The notes: generated by a model not told the origin, from the sequence alone. A DNA stretch of 64,000 nucleotides from an uncultured Candidatus Saccharibacteria bacterium (GCA_964437465.1 CAYTGI010000001.1:5614-69613), one strand, 5' to 3'. Positions 36,735 through 47,020 are shown, counted from the stretch's first letter. A program made the numbers and translations.

Positions 36735-37988
36735 TCAGCCCATCACAGCTCTCATTGAAAGCCATAAATCATTTTTTGTACTAAATGCAGAAACATAAGA
36801 AGCTATATCGTAATAAGCATCTTTTCCAGTCTTTACAGGAACTCTTCTCATTTCGCCATTTTTGTTATACATAGTTATATTACTTCCAATCAACATAAAG
36901 TTTACCTTATTTTGTACTGCGAATCGTTTTACTTTGCCTTCAAAATTTACTTCTTTATTTTCTCTTCTTCCTAAAAGTATTCCTAACTCTTTAAGATCTA
37001 AAACAAAAACTATTTTCTCTACAAAATCTAATAGTACTAGATCAACCAAAGATGAAGATGATCCTGTTACTACCCATGTTTTCCCATGGTATTGTTGCAT
37101 AATGTGTTTAACAGTTGCGTATTGAACTAACTCGTTGTTTATATCTCCTAAAAAAATTGTATCTGACTCTTGGACTAATCTTTCAAGCTCATTCGCTCTT
37201 ACTCTTTTTTTTGTAGTTACATTATCTGTTAAATGTTCAAATGTAAAAATTGATAGATTAGTAGAGTAGTCTTTACAAGCTTTAATTACGTTGTCGTTTA
37301 TTTTATCGGTTTGGGCAATATACAAAAGGTTTCCATTCTTATTTAAGTGGGTCTTTTTATTTGGAACCCATAGTGCTTCTCTTTCACCAGGACCACAGTA
37401 CATCTGAATTTCTCTAGGTAGCTTTATATCAATTACTTGTGCGTTTTCTACTTTCGGAAATAAAATAGAAAAAGTAGAATCGGCAGAGTAATGAGGTGTA
37501 GGTTGATCAATTGCAACAATTGGAGCTCCAAAGTGCGCTATTCGCTTAATTATATCTTTAAACCGTTTTAATAATTTTTCTCCTTCAAACCCTGTTCCAA
37601 CTAAGGCTTCAATAATTACATCACCTTTTTTTACATCCTTTGCAAAAACATCTTGATTAACTTCTAAGTTTTCTTCTTCTTTTGCTCTTTCTAGGACATC
37701 TTCAAAGATATTTTTAGTTATATCATTTTCTATATATTGCTTTCTTGTGGCTAGGTAGACATTAACTTTTTTTACCCCCAAACAGCTTAAGTGAAAAGCT
37801 GTCGTTAATCCATCACCTGCATTTCCTGCTTTTCCACAAATTACTGAAAAAGTCTTTTCCTTGCCATATTTCGAAATAATTTTTTCAGCAATTAATCTTC
37901 CAACCTCATCGTAGAAAGCGATTAAATTCACCCCTAATGCTTCAGCATTTTTTAACATAATATCTGCCTCAGAAATGTGCTTTTCCAT
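36735..37988 (-). CDS. NAD(P)HX epimerase (YjeF-N) fused to a degenerate YjeF-C-like domain
   Basis: CGKAGNAGDG, ALVGTG and IVAID.P motifs. The C-half keeps only traces of NnrD (H..KNG.LL.I). Confidence 0.7.
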   Translation of the reverse strand: MEKHISEADIMLKNAEALGVNLIAFYDEVGRLIAEKIISKYGKEKTFSVICGKAGNAGDGLTTAFHLSCLGVKKVNVYLATRKQYIENDITKNIFEDVLERAKEEENLEVNQDVFAKDVKKGDVIIEALVGTGFEGEKLLKRFKDIIKRIAHFGAPIVAIDQPTPHYSADSTFSILFPKVENAQVIDIKLPREIQMYCGPGEREALWVPNKKTHLNKNGNLLYIAQTDKINDNVIKACKDYSTNLSIFTFEHLTDNVTTKKRVRANELERLVQESDTIFLGDINNELVQYATVKHIMQQYHGKTWVVTGSSSSLVDLVLLDFVEKIVFVLDLKELGILLGRRENKEVNFEGKVKRFAVQNKVNFMLIGSNITMYNKNGEMRRVPVKTGKDAYYDIASYVSAFSTKNDLWLSMRAVMG

Positions 37989-38062
37989 AAACTAGTTTAC
38001 AAAAAACTTAACATAATGAATAGTAAGCTTTAAATATCATTTAATTATGATAGGATATAGAT

Positions 38063-39124
38063 ATGTTTGAGGAGATTTTTAATAATAATACACCACAAGA
38101 TTATATAATTTCTTTAATGATCATGGCTACTGGTGTAATTATTGGAACGTTTATTCAGTTTATCGTTGTAAGGAAATTTAGCCAGTTAACAAAAAAATCT
38201 CGAAATAGCTCTGATGATAGAATAATTAAGGCAATTGGGAATAGTCCGCTATTTTTTTCAATTTTGATTTCTCTTTTTCTAACATCGATATCACTTGGTC
38301 TAAGTGCTTCTTATAGATCTGGATTAAATAGTTTTTTGATTGCTACAGGGATATTAATCGGTACAAGTGTATTAGCTAGAATTTCTACTGTAGGTGTAGA
38401 AACATACCTACAAAATCAGAGTGGAGGTGGTGAATCTTCCTCGTTATTTAAAAATGTTGGTAGAATTATTACTTATGTTATTGGTCTATTAGTCATATCC
38501 CAAACTCTAGGGATTGATATAACAGCAGCTCTTACAGCACTAGGAGTTGGGGGAATTGCAGTAGCCCTTGCACTACAAGATACACTTTCAAACCTTTTTG
38601 CAGGTTTTTATATTATTGCTGCAAGAAAAATAGTACCAGGAGATTATATTGAACTTAGTTCTGGGGAGAGGGGATATGTTGAAGATATATCTTGGAGAAA
38701 CACTACTGTTAGAACTTTACAAAACTACATTATTATTATTCCAAACGCTATACTTTCAACTGTAATCTTAACTAATTATGATTTACCGATTACAGATGTA
38801 GCTATTTTAATGAATGTCGGTATTAGTTACGATTCTGATTTAGATTTTGCGGAGAAAATTACAATAGAAGTTGCTAGAGAAGTAATGAGGGAAGTTGAAG
38901 GAGGAATTAAAGACTACGAACCATTTATTAGATATAATGAGTATGGTGACTCAAGTATAAATTTTACAGTTATTATGAGAGGTAAGACTTATGTTGATAA
39001 ATATCTTATCAATCATGAATTTATTAAAAGACTTCATAAAAGATACAGACAAGAAGGAATTGAATTCCCTTTCCCTCAATTAGATGTAACATTGAAAAAT
39101 CCTGTTAAAATAGAGAAATCTTAA
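38063..39124 (+). CDS. mscS: Small-conductance mechanosensitive channel
   Basis: LGVGGIAVALALQDTLSN.FAG, GDYI, I.IPN and GIEFPFPQ motifs. Confidence 0.93.
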   Translation: MFEEIFNNNTPQDYIISLMIMATGVIIGTFIQFIVVRKFSQLTKKSRNSSDDRIIKAIGNSPLFFSILISLFLTSISLGLSASYRSGLNSFLIATGILIGTSVLARISTVGVETYLQNQSGGGESSSLFKNVGRIITYVIGLLVISQTLGIDITAALTALGVGGIAVALALQDTLSNLFAGFYIIAARKIVPGDYIELSSGERGYVEDISWRNTTVRTLQNYIIIIPNAILSTVILTNYDLPITDVAILMNVGISYDSDLDFAEKITIEVAREVMREVEGGIKDYEPFIRYNEYGDSSINFTVIMRGKTYVDKYLINHEFIKRLHKRYRQEGIEFPFPQLDVTLKNPVKIEKS

Positions 39125-40169
39125 AGTCTATAACTATCTTTATTTTCAAGTGCTAATTTCATCTCAGAAATAAATCTATCTTTTGCATCCTCAATCGATA
39201 TCCCAGATATATTTCCTCCACCTGCACCAAAATGGCCTCCTGCTTTAAAACCAATAGATTCAAGTACTCGTTGAATTGAAACATTATCTCCAAAATTCCT
39301 AGTACGCCATCCAACCATTACATCTCCTTCAATATTGGTTTCAAACATTATCCCATAGTTATATCCAACAACTATTCTCATAAAAACTTCTACATAGTAT
39401 TTATGTATGCTTTTTAATCTCCAGTTTTTGCCAAATCTTTCTATTAAAATATCATCTTTTTCTTTATCAATGATCAATATAGTTGTTTCTATTTCAGGTT
39501 GAAACTCTGAGTTTTCTATTCCAAAAGCTAAAAATTCCATACTATCCTTATCGACGCTTAAGTTCACAACTTCGTCGTGCCTTGCTCCGTATTTAATCAT
39601 CTCCTCTGCAAAAGTATATATACCTGGATACATTTCATTTTTGAAATATCTAGAATCATCAATAAGTGCATAATACATCCATGTAGCTACATCTTCAGTT
39701 GGTTGTACATTTGAATCTTTAATTAGATGGTCAAAGATAATTTTAGTAGTACATATATCATCTTTTCGCAAAGCAATTGAAACATCATCATGAAAGCTAT
39801 TGTATGATGGTCAATAGATATAAATTTATCTAGACCTACTTTTTCCAAAACCTCATTATATTTATTTGTTAGAAGAAGAGGCCATGAGGAAGAATCTACT
39901 AAAATAATAAGGTCATATTCTTCCCAATTAACTTTTCCAACTTGAGACTGATCAATTTGATTAAGGTTAGGGAATGATTTTAATTTTTCAGGTATAGAGG
40001 AGAATATTACCAAGCTAGAAGATTTAGAAAACTCATTCTCAATCCACCATTTTATTGTTAACCCACTTCCTAAAGAATCCGGATCGACAGGTCTTGAACA
40101 TATAATCAGAATATTTTTAGAATCTTGAATCCTTTTATATATTTGTTTAGAGATATCTTTTAGATCCAT
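39121..40169 (-). pseudogene. DHH-family phosphoesterase (NrnA-like) split by one frameshift (possibly an assembly error)
   Basis: D.DSLGS, ILVD and IDHH lie in the upstream ORF; DS..F and GGHFGAGG in the downstream ORF. Adding one A at ~39800 joins them (HHTNSFHDDV). Confidence 0.85.
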
Positions 40170-40720
40170 TAGTTAACTAGTATTTCAATAGTTTCAGTTT
40201 TAGTGATTGCACCTATCGATACCCTAGCTGTTATTGTATTTAACCCAACTTCTAGATATTCATCAATACCCCCTGGATTTTCTTCACTTATAGCCATTTC
40301 CTGCCTCATTATTGTTCTACCTGCCTTATTTATTTCCCAAGAAACATTAAACTCAAAGTTTTCTTGTCCCCAGGCATTATTATTTATATAAGGAGTAACC
40401 ATAATGTTGTAAAGGTTTAGCGGATCATCAATTACTTCATATTCAATTTCTAATCTTATATCTTCTTGGTCAGTTACAGAAATTCCGTCAGGAGTTTCTG
40501 CTGGTTTAAGATAGATAGCCCCAAAGGTTCCAAATCCTACAAGCATAATTGCTGCAACTGCTAGAGGTTTACCCATGAATCCATATCGAGGAGTTGTTAA
40601 ATATTTAATTTTTTTTCTCTGTTTATAAAGAATAAAGCCCATCACAGCTATTGAGATTATTGTAATTGCTAGGGCTCCTAGTAAAAGTGTGTATTGTTCA
40701 GAAGAAATAGTATTATCCAT
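40169..40720 (-). CDS. Hypothetical membrane protein
   Basis: Two TM segments then a beta-rich soluble domain; PRYGF.GKP motif. Confidence 0.65.
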   Translation of the reverse strand: MDNTISSEQYTLLLGALAITIISIAVMGFILYKQRKKIKYLTTPRYGFMGKPLAVAAIMLVGFGTFGAIYLKPAETPDGISVTDQEDIRLEIEYEVIDDPLNLYNIMVTPYINNNAWGQENFEFNVSWEINKAGRTIMRQEMAISEENPGGIDEYLEVGLNTITARVSIGAITKTETIEILVN

Positions 40721-41339
40721 TATTGATTTGTAATGTATTTAAAAATTGTATGAATTCATTTAGTTCAGATTTATTTATATCAACATCATCCACATATAAT
40801 AACCCAGAATGAATGCAAATATTTTCAGCTATACATCCATAAAGTTGTCTAATCATTTCTTCACCTTCAAATGGCCAGTAGAATTCTGTATTTAAATTAT
40901 AACCTCCAATAGATCTTTGGTCATATGATCCTATTTGATTTGCTGTATGGTTTATCTCGGATCCTATTGATATATAATAATTTTCTTCTGACGAAGAATA
41001 AATCTCAAATATCTCACATTTCTCCCCAAGACATTCAAATGGAGTACCTACTGTGCTTCCAAATCTAGACATTACCTCGTAAGATTGGCCTATAGATATT
41101 ATTATACCTTCGGAAGTTGAAATTGTTTTTGGGTCTTCTACTGGAAGAAGTTCAACTTCAAGTGTTTTCTGAATTTCATCTGACGCATCAGCAGTTTGTA
41201 TCGAACTAACAGAAATATCCTCGTTTTTTTCTTTATTATTAATTAGAAAGGTTAAAGTCACAGTCATAAGTAACAAACCCAAAAAGGTTGTTATGAAAAT
41301 TCCGTAAAGCGCTCCAGTTGCAGATTTTCTTGGATCCAT
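40713..41339 (-). CDS. Hypothetical membrane-anchored protein
   Basis: N-terminal TM segment and two Cys pairs in the soluble domain. Confidence 0.65.
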   Translation of the reverse strand: MDPRKSATGALYGIFITTFLGLLLMTVTLTFLINNKEKNEDISVSSIQTADASDEIQKTLEVELLPVEDPKTISTSEGIIISIGQSYEVMSRFGSTVGTPFECLGEKCEIFEIYSSSEENYYISIGSEINHTANQIGSYDQRSIGGYNLNTEFYWPFEGEEMIRQLYGCIAENICIHSGLLYVDDVDINKSELNEFIQFLNTLQINNG

Positions 41340-41391
41340 TGATTTATGATAATATAAGTTAGTATAAATAATTTCTTACTCCCTGTAAACG

Positions 41392-41667
41392 ATGAGGAAA
41401 GAGCTTGAAAGAAAATTGAGAGATAAAAAACTTAAAGTTGCTCCTGTTGATCAGGAAACATCGGAACTTATCAAAGAGCTAGCGAAGCTAACCGATGAAT
41501 ATCCATCAGATATAATTAAAGCAGCGATATTAATGCTATCAAAATCTCTAGGACATCAGGTAGTTTTAAGAGACCCTGATTCTGACTGGGAGTTAATTAT
41601 TAATGGTTTTAGGAGTTATAAAAGTAAATACAAGTTAAATCCAGGAAGTAATGAGCGATCAAGATAA
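41392..41667 (+). CDS. Small protein, possible ribbon-helix-helix regulator
   Basis: VAPVDQETSELIKELAK...SDIIKAAI..L fits the RHH hydrophobic pattern. Confidence 0.5.
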   Translation: MRKELERKLRDKKLKVAPVDQETSELIKELAKLTDEYPSDIIKAAILMLSKSLGHQVVLRDPDSDWELIINGFRSYKSKYKLNPGSNERSR

Positions 41668-42079
41668 CTCCAAAGTCTCAGAAGTTGATGATCTAATTGA
41701 TGATTATGATCTTATTGATGAAGAATTATTAGAAGAGGAATTTTCAGATGGATATGAAGAAGGATATGAGGCAGCAAAAAAAGAAGTTACAGGTGAGTTA
41801 GAACCTAGAGCTGAAACTATAGCTGAAAGTAACTCAGATTCTATTTACTCAAAAAGAGAAGACACAAGAAGCCGATTAGCTATAATCTATACTGTTCTTA
41901 CTTTTATAATTTTCTTTTCAGGAATGCTTATTGCTGTTGTAGATGGATTAGCTAGAAATGTAAGTATAATTGAAAACCTTGAAGTAATTATTCCGTTGAT
42001 CTCCGGAGTTTTCTTAGGAACTTTAGGTTTTGTCCTTGGATATTACTTCCGAAAGGCAGAAAAGGATGATGTTGTATAA
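41651..42079 (+). CDS. Two-TM protein with very acidic N-terminus
   Basis: D/E-rich first 60 aa, REDTRS.LA, two TM segments ending LGFVLGYYF. Confidence 0.7.
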   Translation: MSDQDNSKVSEVDDLIDDYDLIDEELLEEEFSDGYEEGYEAAKKEVTGELEPRAETIAESNSDSIYSKREDTRSRLAIIYTVLTFIIFFSGMLIAVVDGLARNVSIIENLEVIIPLISGVFLGTLGFVLGYYFRKAEKDDVV

Positions 42080-42085
42080 TCCATC

Positions 42086-42514
42086 ATGTCGCTACAAATA
42101 TTAATCCCTAAAACATCAAAAAAGGTAAAACTACCATTTTTTGGGACATCAGTTAACGCTGGCTTCCCAAGTCCTGCTGATGACTTCGTAGAACGTAAGC
42201 TTGACTTGAATGAATATTTAATAAAGCATCCAGCCGCAACTTTTTTTGTTAGAGCAACAGGGGATTCAATGAAAAACATAGGGATTCATTCAGGAGATTT
42301 ACTTATTGTTGATAGATCCCTTGATGTTGTAGATGGAAAAATTGTTATAGCTGCAATTGACGGTGAATTTACTGTAAAAAGAGTAAAAAAGATTAATGGG
42401 GAGTTATTTCTTGTTCCTGAAAACGAGAACTATAAACCGATAAAGATAGATAGTGAGGATGAGTTTCAGATCTTCGGTGTTGTTAAGAATGTTATAAAGA
42501 ATTTGTTAAATTAA
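42086..42514 (+). CDS. umuD: DNA polymerase V subunit UmuD (S24 autopeptidase)
   Basis: AGFPSPA.D, LDLN, GDSM and FTVKR motifs. Confidence 0.95.
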   Translation: MSLQILIPKTSKKVKLPFFGTSVNAGFPSPADDFVERKLDLNEYLIKHPAATFFVRATGDSMKNIGIHSGDLLIVDRSLDVVDGKIVIAAIDGEFTVKRVKKINGELFLVPENENYKPIKIDSEDEFQIFGVVKNVIKNLLN

Positions 42515-42555
42515 ATAAATATATATATTAGTGTATTTTTATAGCTGATTCTAAG

Positions 42556-42654
42556 ATGATGGATGTAATGGCAGATGACAATTATGATTATGATAATTCA
42601 CCTGAAGAGAATGATCATGAAAGGCTAAGAGATCTTCTTGAAGGTGAAGATTAA
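42556..42654 (+). CDS. Candidate 32-aa acidic small ORF or truncated orphan remnant
   Basis: MMDVMADDNYDYDNSPEENDHERLRDLLEGED*; shares a TTAA stop overlap with the convergent gene. Confidence 0.35.
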   Translation: MMDVMADDNYDYDNSPEENDHERLRDLLEGED

Positions 42655-43457
42655 TATAAAATAGTTAAAAACTTTAATTTTACTGCATCCTTTCCCACAA
42701 GCAACTCTTTAGTTATTTCTATTTTTTCTTTTTTCCGTAGGTATAAATACCTATTTAATACACATACCTGAGCAGCGTTTCTCATAATTACTGAAGCAGG
42801 ACAATGTACATATCTGGTAGGGTTTGCAGAAGCTTTGGCTCTGAAGTAGTTTGGAGCATAATAAGTTGTTAATCTTGTTTGTAACTCATTAAAAAAATCT
42901 AATGGACTGAGTTGAAAAGGCATATTCTCTAAAAGTTTATTAACTTTACCTCCTTGCGAAGAGATAATTCCATGCTCTCTTAAAATCTCAAGATAATAAT
43001 CATCTGACAACATACTAAATCTGAAGCCTGAATTTCTAAGCGGGTCAACAATAAGCGCTGCTTGATGTCCATAGTTTCCCGCAAACAAATGAATATGTCG
43101 TAAGAATGTACTTACTTCACCTGCGTAACTATCTGACACCTGGTTCAAAACTCCTTCTGTTCTAAATTCTTCAATAAAGGCAGGACCTAAAACAAGCGCG
43201 GCAGACATTGCATTCTGCCATCCAATATTATATTTAGATATCCAGTTATCTGCTACTGCAATCATACCTACAATTTCTCCTGTTAATCGTCTTACTATTT
43301 CATTACGATCTCCTGGGTAGTAAGTGTAATGAGCACCATTTTCTGTAAGAGTTCTAATATCCATACTCGGAACAACACCTTTTGACAAAGCATCATCTAA
43401 ATACTTTCTTTTTGAACCTTCATAGTTATCTGGCTTTTCCTCAAAAATGTCAGGCAT
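42651..43457 (-). CDS. Hypothetical protein between umuD and umuC
   Basis: 268-aa ORF with no recognised motif. Confidence 0.7.
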   Translation of the reverse strand: MPDIFEEKPDNYEGSKRKYLDDALSKGVVPSMDIRTLTENGAHYTYYPGDRNEIVRRLTGEIVGMIAVADNWISKYNIGWQNAMSAALVLGPAFIEEFRTEGVLNQVSDSYAGEVSTFLRHIHLFAGNYGHQAALIVDPLRNSGFRFSMLSDDYYLEILREHGIISSQGGKVNKLLENMPFQLSPLDFFNELQTRLTTYYAPNYFRAKASANPTRYVHCPASVIMRNAAQVCVLNRYLYLRKKEKIEITKELLVGKDAVKLKFLTILY

Positions 43458-43488
43458 ATTGATATAATTAAGCTAGAAATTTTAACAG

Positions 43489-44766
43489 ATGAAACAAAGG
43501 GTATTTGGTTTAATAGACTGCAACAACTTCTTTGCTTCCTGCGAGCGTGTATTTGACCCTAAACTGATTAGAAAGCCTATTGCGATTCTTTCTAACAATG
43601 ATGGTTGTATTATCGCAAGATCATCGGAAGTAAAAAAAATGGGGGTGCCTATGGGTGCCCCTCTTCATGAGTGGAAAGATTTGATTGAGCGAAATCATGT
43701 AAATATTTACTCGGCTAACTTTCACCTTTATGGAGATATGTCAAATAGAGTTATGCAAATCTTAGAGAAGTTTTCTCCTGATGTTCAAGTTTATTCAATA
43801 GATGAGGCGTTTATTGACTTAACTCACGTTAAAACAGGAGATCTTTATGAATATGGCAAAAAGATTAGGGATACAATTATGAAATGGACAGGACTTCCGG
43901 TTTCTGTTGGAATAGCTTCTACTAAAACACTGTCTAAAATTGCTGTTGAACATGCTAAGAAAAATGAAGAAGATCAAGGTTGTTATGTTTTAGATTCTGA
44001 AGAAAAGATTAATAACTATTTAGACACACTTCCAGTTCAAGAAATTTGGGGAATAGGGTACAGGCTTTGTATGAGACTAAACGGACAGGGAGTATACACT
44101 GCTCTTGATTTTAAAAAGCTAGATGAGCGAAAAGTTAGACAAGACATGAGTGTGACTGTTCAAAGAACTTTAAATGAATTAAATGGAATTCATTGTATCG
44201 AAGGAGTTGAAAATAAGGAAACTAAGAAACAGATAATTAGTTCTAGATCTTTTGGAAGAAGGGTCACTTCTTTGAGTGAACTAAAAGAGTCGGTTGCAAG
44301 TTACGTAGCGAGAGCTTCTGAAAAGCTAAGAAGACAGGGTTCTGTCGCAAGTTTTATAGGAGTTAGTGTAAGAACAAATAAATTTGCGAAAGATGAAAAA
44401 CACTACCATAATTCATACTATATGAGCCTAGAAACACCAACAGATTATTTAGCAGATCTAACTAAAGCTGCACACTTTTGTTTAGAACAGATTTATAGAA
44501 AAGGAGTTGTCTATAAAAAATCAATGGTACAATTAGGAGGATTAGTCCCAAGAGATAGTCAAAAAATTAATATGTTTGATCCTGAGTATGATACTGAGAA
44601 AAATAAGATAGTTATGGGGGCTTTTGATCAAATTAATAAAGAGTGGGGAAGTGGAACTATTAAAACTGCCGCGATGGGGAATAAGCAAACATGGAAAGCT
44701 AAAAGCAATCTAAGAAGTCCAAGGTATACGACTAGTTGGGAGGAGATAGTGAAAATTAAGAATTAA
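43489..44766 (+). CDS. umuC: DNA polymerase V subunit UmuC (Y family)
   Basis: DCNNFFASCE, LSNNDGC, YSIDEAF, SRSFG and SPRYTT.W motifs. Confidence 0.96.
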   Translation: MKQRVFGLIDCNNFFASCERVFDPKLIRKPIAILSNNDGCIIARSSEVKKMGVPMGAPLHEWKDLIERNHVNIYSANFHLYGDMSNRVMQILEKFSPDVQVYSIDEAFIDLTHVKTGDLYEYGKKIRDTIMKWTGLPVSVGIASTKTLSKIAVEHAKKNEEDQGCYVLDSEEKINNYLDTLPVQEIWGIGYRLCMRLNGQGVYTALDFKKLDERKVRQDMSVTVQRTLNELNGIHCIEGVENKETKKQIISSRSFGRRVTSLSELKESVASYVARASEKLRRQGSVASFIGVSVRTNKFAKDEKHYHNSYYMSLETPTDYLADLTKAAHFCLEQIYRKGVVYKKSMVQLGGLVPRDSQKINMFDPEYDTEKNKIVMGAFDQINKEWGSGTIKTAAMGNKQTWKAKSNLRSPRYTTSWEEIVKIKN

Positions 44767-46306
44767 TAATTACCTATAAACTTCCTTGCCTCTAAAATTT
44801 CATCCTCAACTAACTCATGACCACCTTCATGAATAAATGTTGACACCTCTGCAGCTCTTTCAGAAAGTAGTCGCTCTAGACGGTCAATTTCGTCAGGCGT
44901 TCTAAGATAAATATCTTTTTTACCGCTGGTAATAAAAATATTAGTTCCAAAGAGATCTATTTCTTCAGGTTCAAAAGGGATCATTGGATGAAATAAAATT
45001 GCATTTTTTACTATTCCTGGATTTTTAAGAATAAAACTAAGCGCAAAATTAGCTCCATTTGAATAACCTACAAAAATTGCTTTATCTAAATTAACTTTAT
45101 CTTTCATTTTTTCTAAAAAGCTTTTTAACTTATCTACTTCAGAAAAAATACTTTCCTCTCTAAAAGTACCATCAATATTTCTTTCAAAAAATCTTAATAA
45201 GCCTTCTTCATTAATATTTCCTCGAAGTGACAGAATATTTGCCTTGTCGTCTAAACACATAGCAAGAGGAATTAAATCTCTTTCATTTGCTCCAGTTCCA
45301 TGAAAAAGAATTAAGGTTTTGTCTGAATCGTTATTAATGAATCTATAGGTAAATTCAATTTCTTCTTCCTCTTCATGATTCTCTTCATTAGTAATTATTG
45401 GGTTAAGCATCGCCTCGTAATATTTTCTATTGGGTTCGTACTGTGAGGGTAGTTTTAAATCTTCACCTAAAGTCTCTATTGATTCATCTATTAGCATTCC
45501 TGGTGGATCTGTAGCTATCTCAAAAAGAATTCCTCCTGGTTCTTTAAAATAGACTGAATGAAAATAATTTCTATCTATTACAGGTGTTGGACTCAAATTA
45601 TCCTTTTCAATTTTTTTTCTTAATTCAATTTCTTTAGTATCATCTTTAGCTCTAAAGGCAATGTGGTGAACTGTACCTGCACCTTGGATTCCTTCTGGCC
45701 ACCCCTTCATTTCGAATATATCAATTACGTTACCAATTTTGTGATTCTTATCTTTAAATCTTGTATGAAAGCCTTCAGAATCGACTTCTTCAAAATCAAA
45801 GAATTTTTCTAAAACTTTTTGAGTTGGTCCTTTAAGACCTACTGAAAGTTCTGCTCCAAAGAATCCTCTAATTGCATATTTCTTGTCTACTATTTTGTTC
45901 CAAATATCAATATTTTTATCTTGATCATTCATAACAAGCTCAAGTTGGAGTCCATCAAAATCGTAAAAGGTCAAAATTTTATTACCAAACATCTCTGAAG
46001 GTTGTTCGTGTTTTACACCATGCTTTTGTAATCTTTCTATCCAAAAACCCATAGATTCTTTAGGAATAGAAAACATTATTTTAGTAACTTGTCCTATGCC
46101 TCTCATTCCCGTTCCAGCATCTTCGAAGGGAAAAAGCGTCATTAAAGTACCGGGGTTTCCTTTTTTATCTCCAAAGTAAAGATGGTAAACATCAGGAGCA
46201 TCAAAGTTAACAGTTTTTTCACAAACCTTAACCCTAAGACATTAGTATAAAAATCATAAGTCTTTTGAGCATTGGAACTGATTGTTGTTATGTGGTGAAT
46301 TGACAT
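44763..46306 (-). pseudogene. Ring-cleaving dioxygenase/glyoxalase (MhqO-like) fused to an alpha/beta hydrolase (MhqD-like); one N-terminal frameshift (possibly an assembly error)
   Basis: MSIHHIT...LGLRFVKK, then TVNFDAPDVYHLYFGD in a shifted frame at the A6 run 46214-46219; VHHIAFR, DRNYF.SVYF.EPGG.LFEIAT; then HGTG.NE, GYSNGAN and GGHEL. Confidence 0.88.
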
Positions 46307-46344
46307 ATAAGATATTAACCTACATTTTTGAACATTTTATGAAT

Positions 46345-46686
46345 TTATTTTCCTTTCATGTTTATTTTGATACAAGATACTTAACATTTTCAAACTCGAA
46401 AATATGAAAATCTGTATTTAAACTGATTATTTCTTTATTTGGTCTAATCATATTAATTTCACGTTCACCCTTTTTATGTACAATTCAATTTAAAAGAATT
46501 TTTCTTTTTTGAGCAAAACTACCTGGAATAAAATCAACAACTCTTTTACCTATAATCTCATCCTCATTGTAGCCGGTGAGTGTTAATGCCTTTGGGCTGA
46601 CCCAATCAAAAGTTTGAGAGAAGGTATCCACTAATATCCGGATCTTCAATATACTCACTAGCTTTATTTAATAACTCTTTATTCAT
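46345..46686 (-). pseudogene. Third PAS-like paralog, pseudogenised
   Basis: MNKELLNKASEYIEDPD / VDTFSQTFDWVSPKA...GY.EDEI.G aligns with both neighbours. Carries a frameshift near 46633, an in-frame TGA at 46485-46487 and a terminal frameshift. Confidence 0.82.
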
Positions 46687-47020
46687 CAACAATTTTTGCG
46701 ACAATATATAAAACTCTATCTAAAGTAAAGATTCTAAATTCAGCTTCGATAGGAAATTCTTCTCCTTTTGAATTTTTAAAAGTTATTTTCCTTTGCCCTT
46801 TTTTAGATGAGATCAAATCAAGAAGGATTTTTCTAGATTCGTTTGGAGTTGTTGTTAGGTAATCATAAACTTTCTTAACTTCTAATTCTTCTTTAGAACA
46901 GCAAAACATATCTAGAGCTTTATCACTAACATACTCGAATGTGGCTGAGTACATATCAATTATAAAATCTGGTTCTGTAAAAAATTCATTTCCTTTTTCA
47001 AATACTTCTTTTTTAAGCAT
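46679..47020 (-). CDS. Stand-alone PAS-like domain protein
   Basis: PDFIID...F.YVS..A..M...S.EEL and ..NSKGEEFPIE PAS/PAC pattern. Confidence 0.75.
   Translation of the reverse strand: MLKKEVFEKGNEFFTEPDFIIDMYSATFEYVSDKALDMFCCSKEELEVKKVYDYLTTTPNESRKILLDLISSKKGQRKITFKNSKGEEFPIEAEFRIFTLDRVLYIVAKIVDE

Noticed and set aside
42040-42086. LexA/SOS box before umuD
   Set aside because: No CTGT-N8-ACAG or GAAC-N4-GTTC pattern recognised.
46485-46487. TGA recoding (genetic code 25 or 4)
   Set aside because: TGA ends intact genes (802, 26725, 61444), long genes have no internal TGA, and this ORF also has frameshifts.
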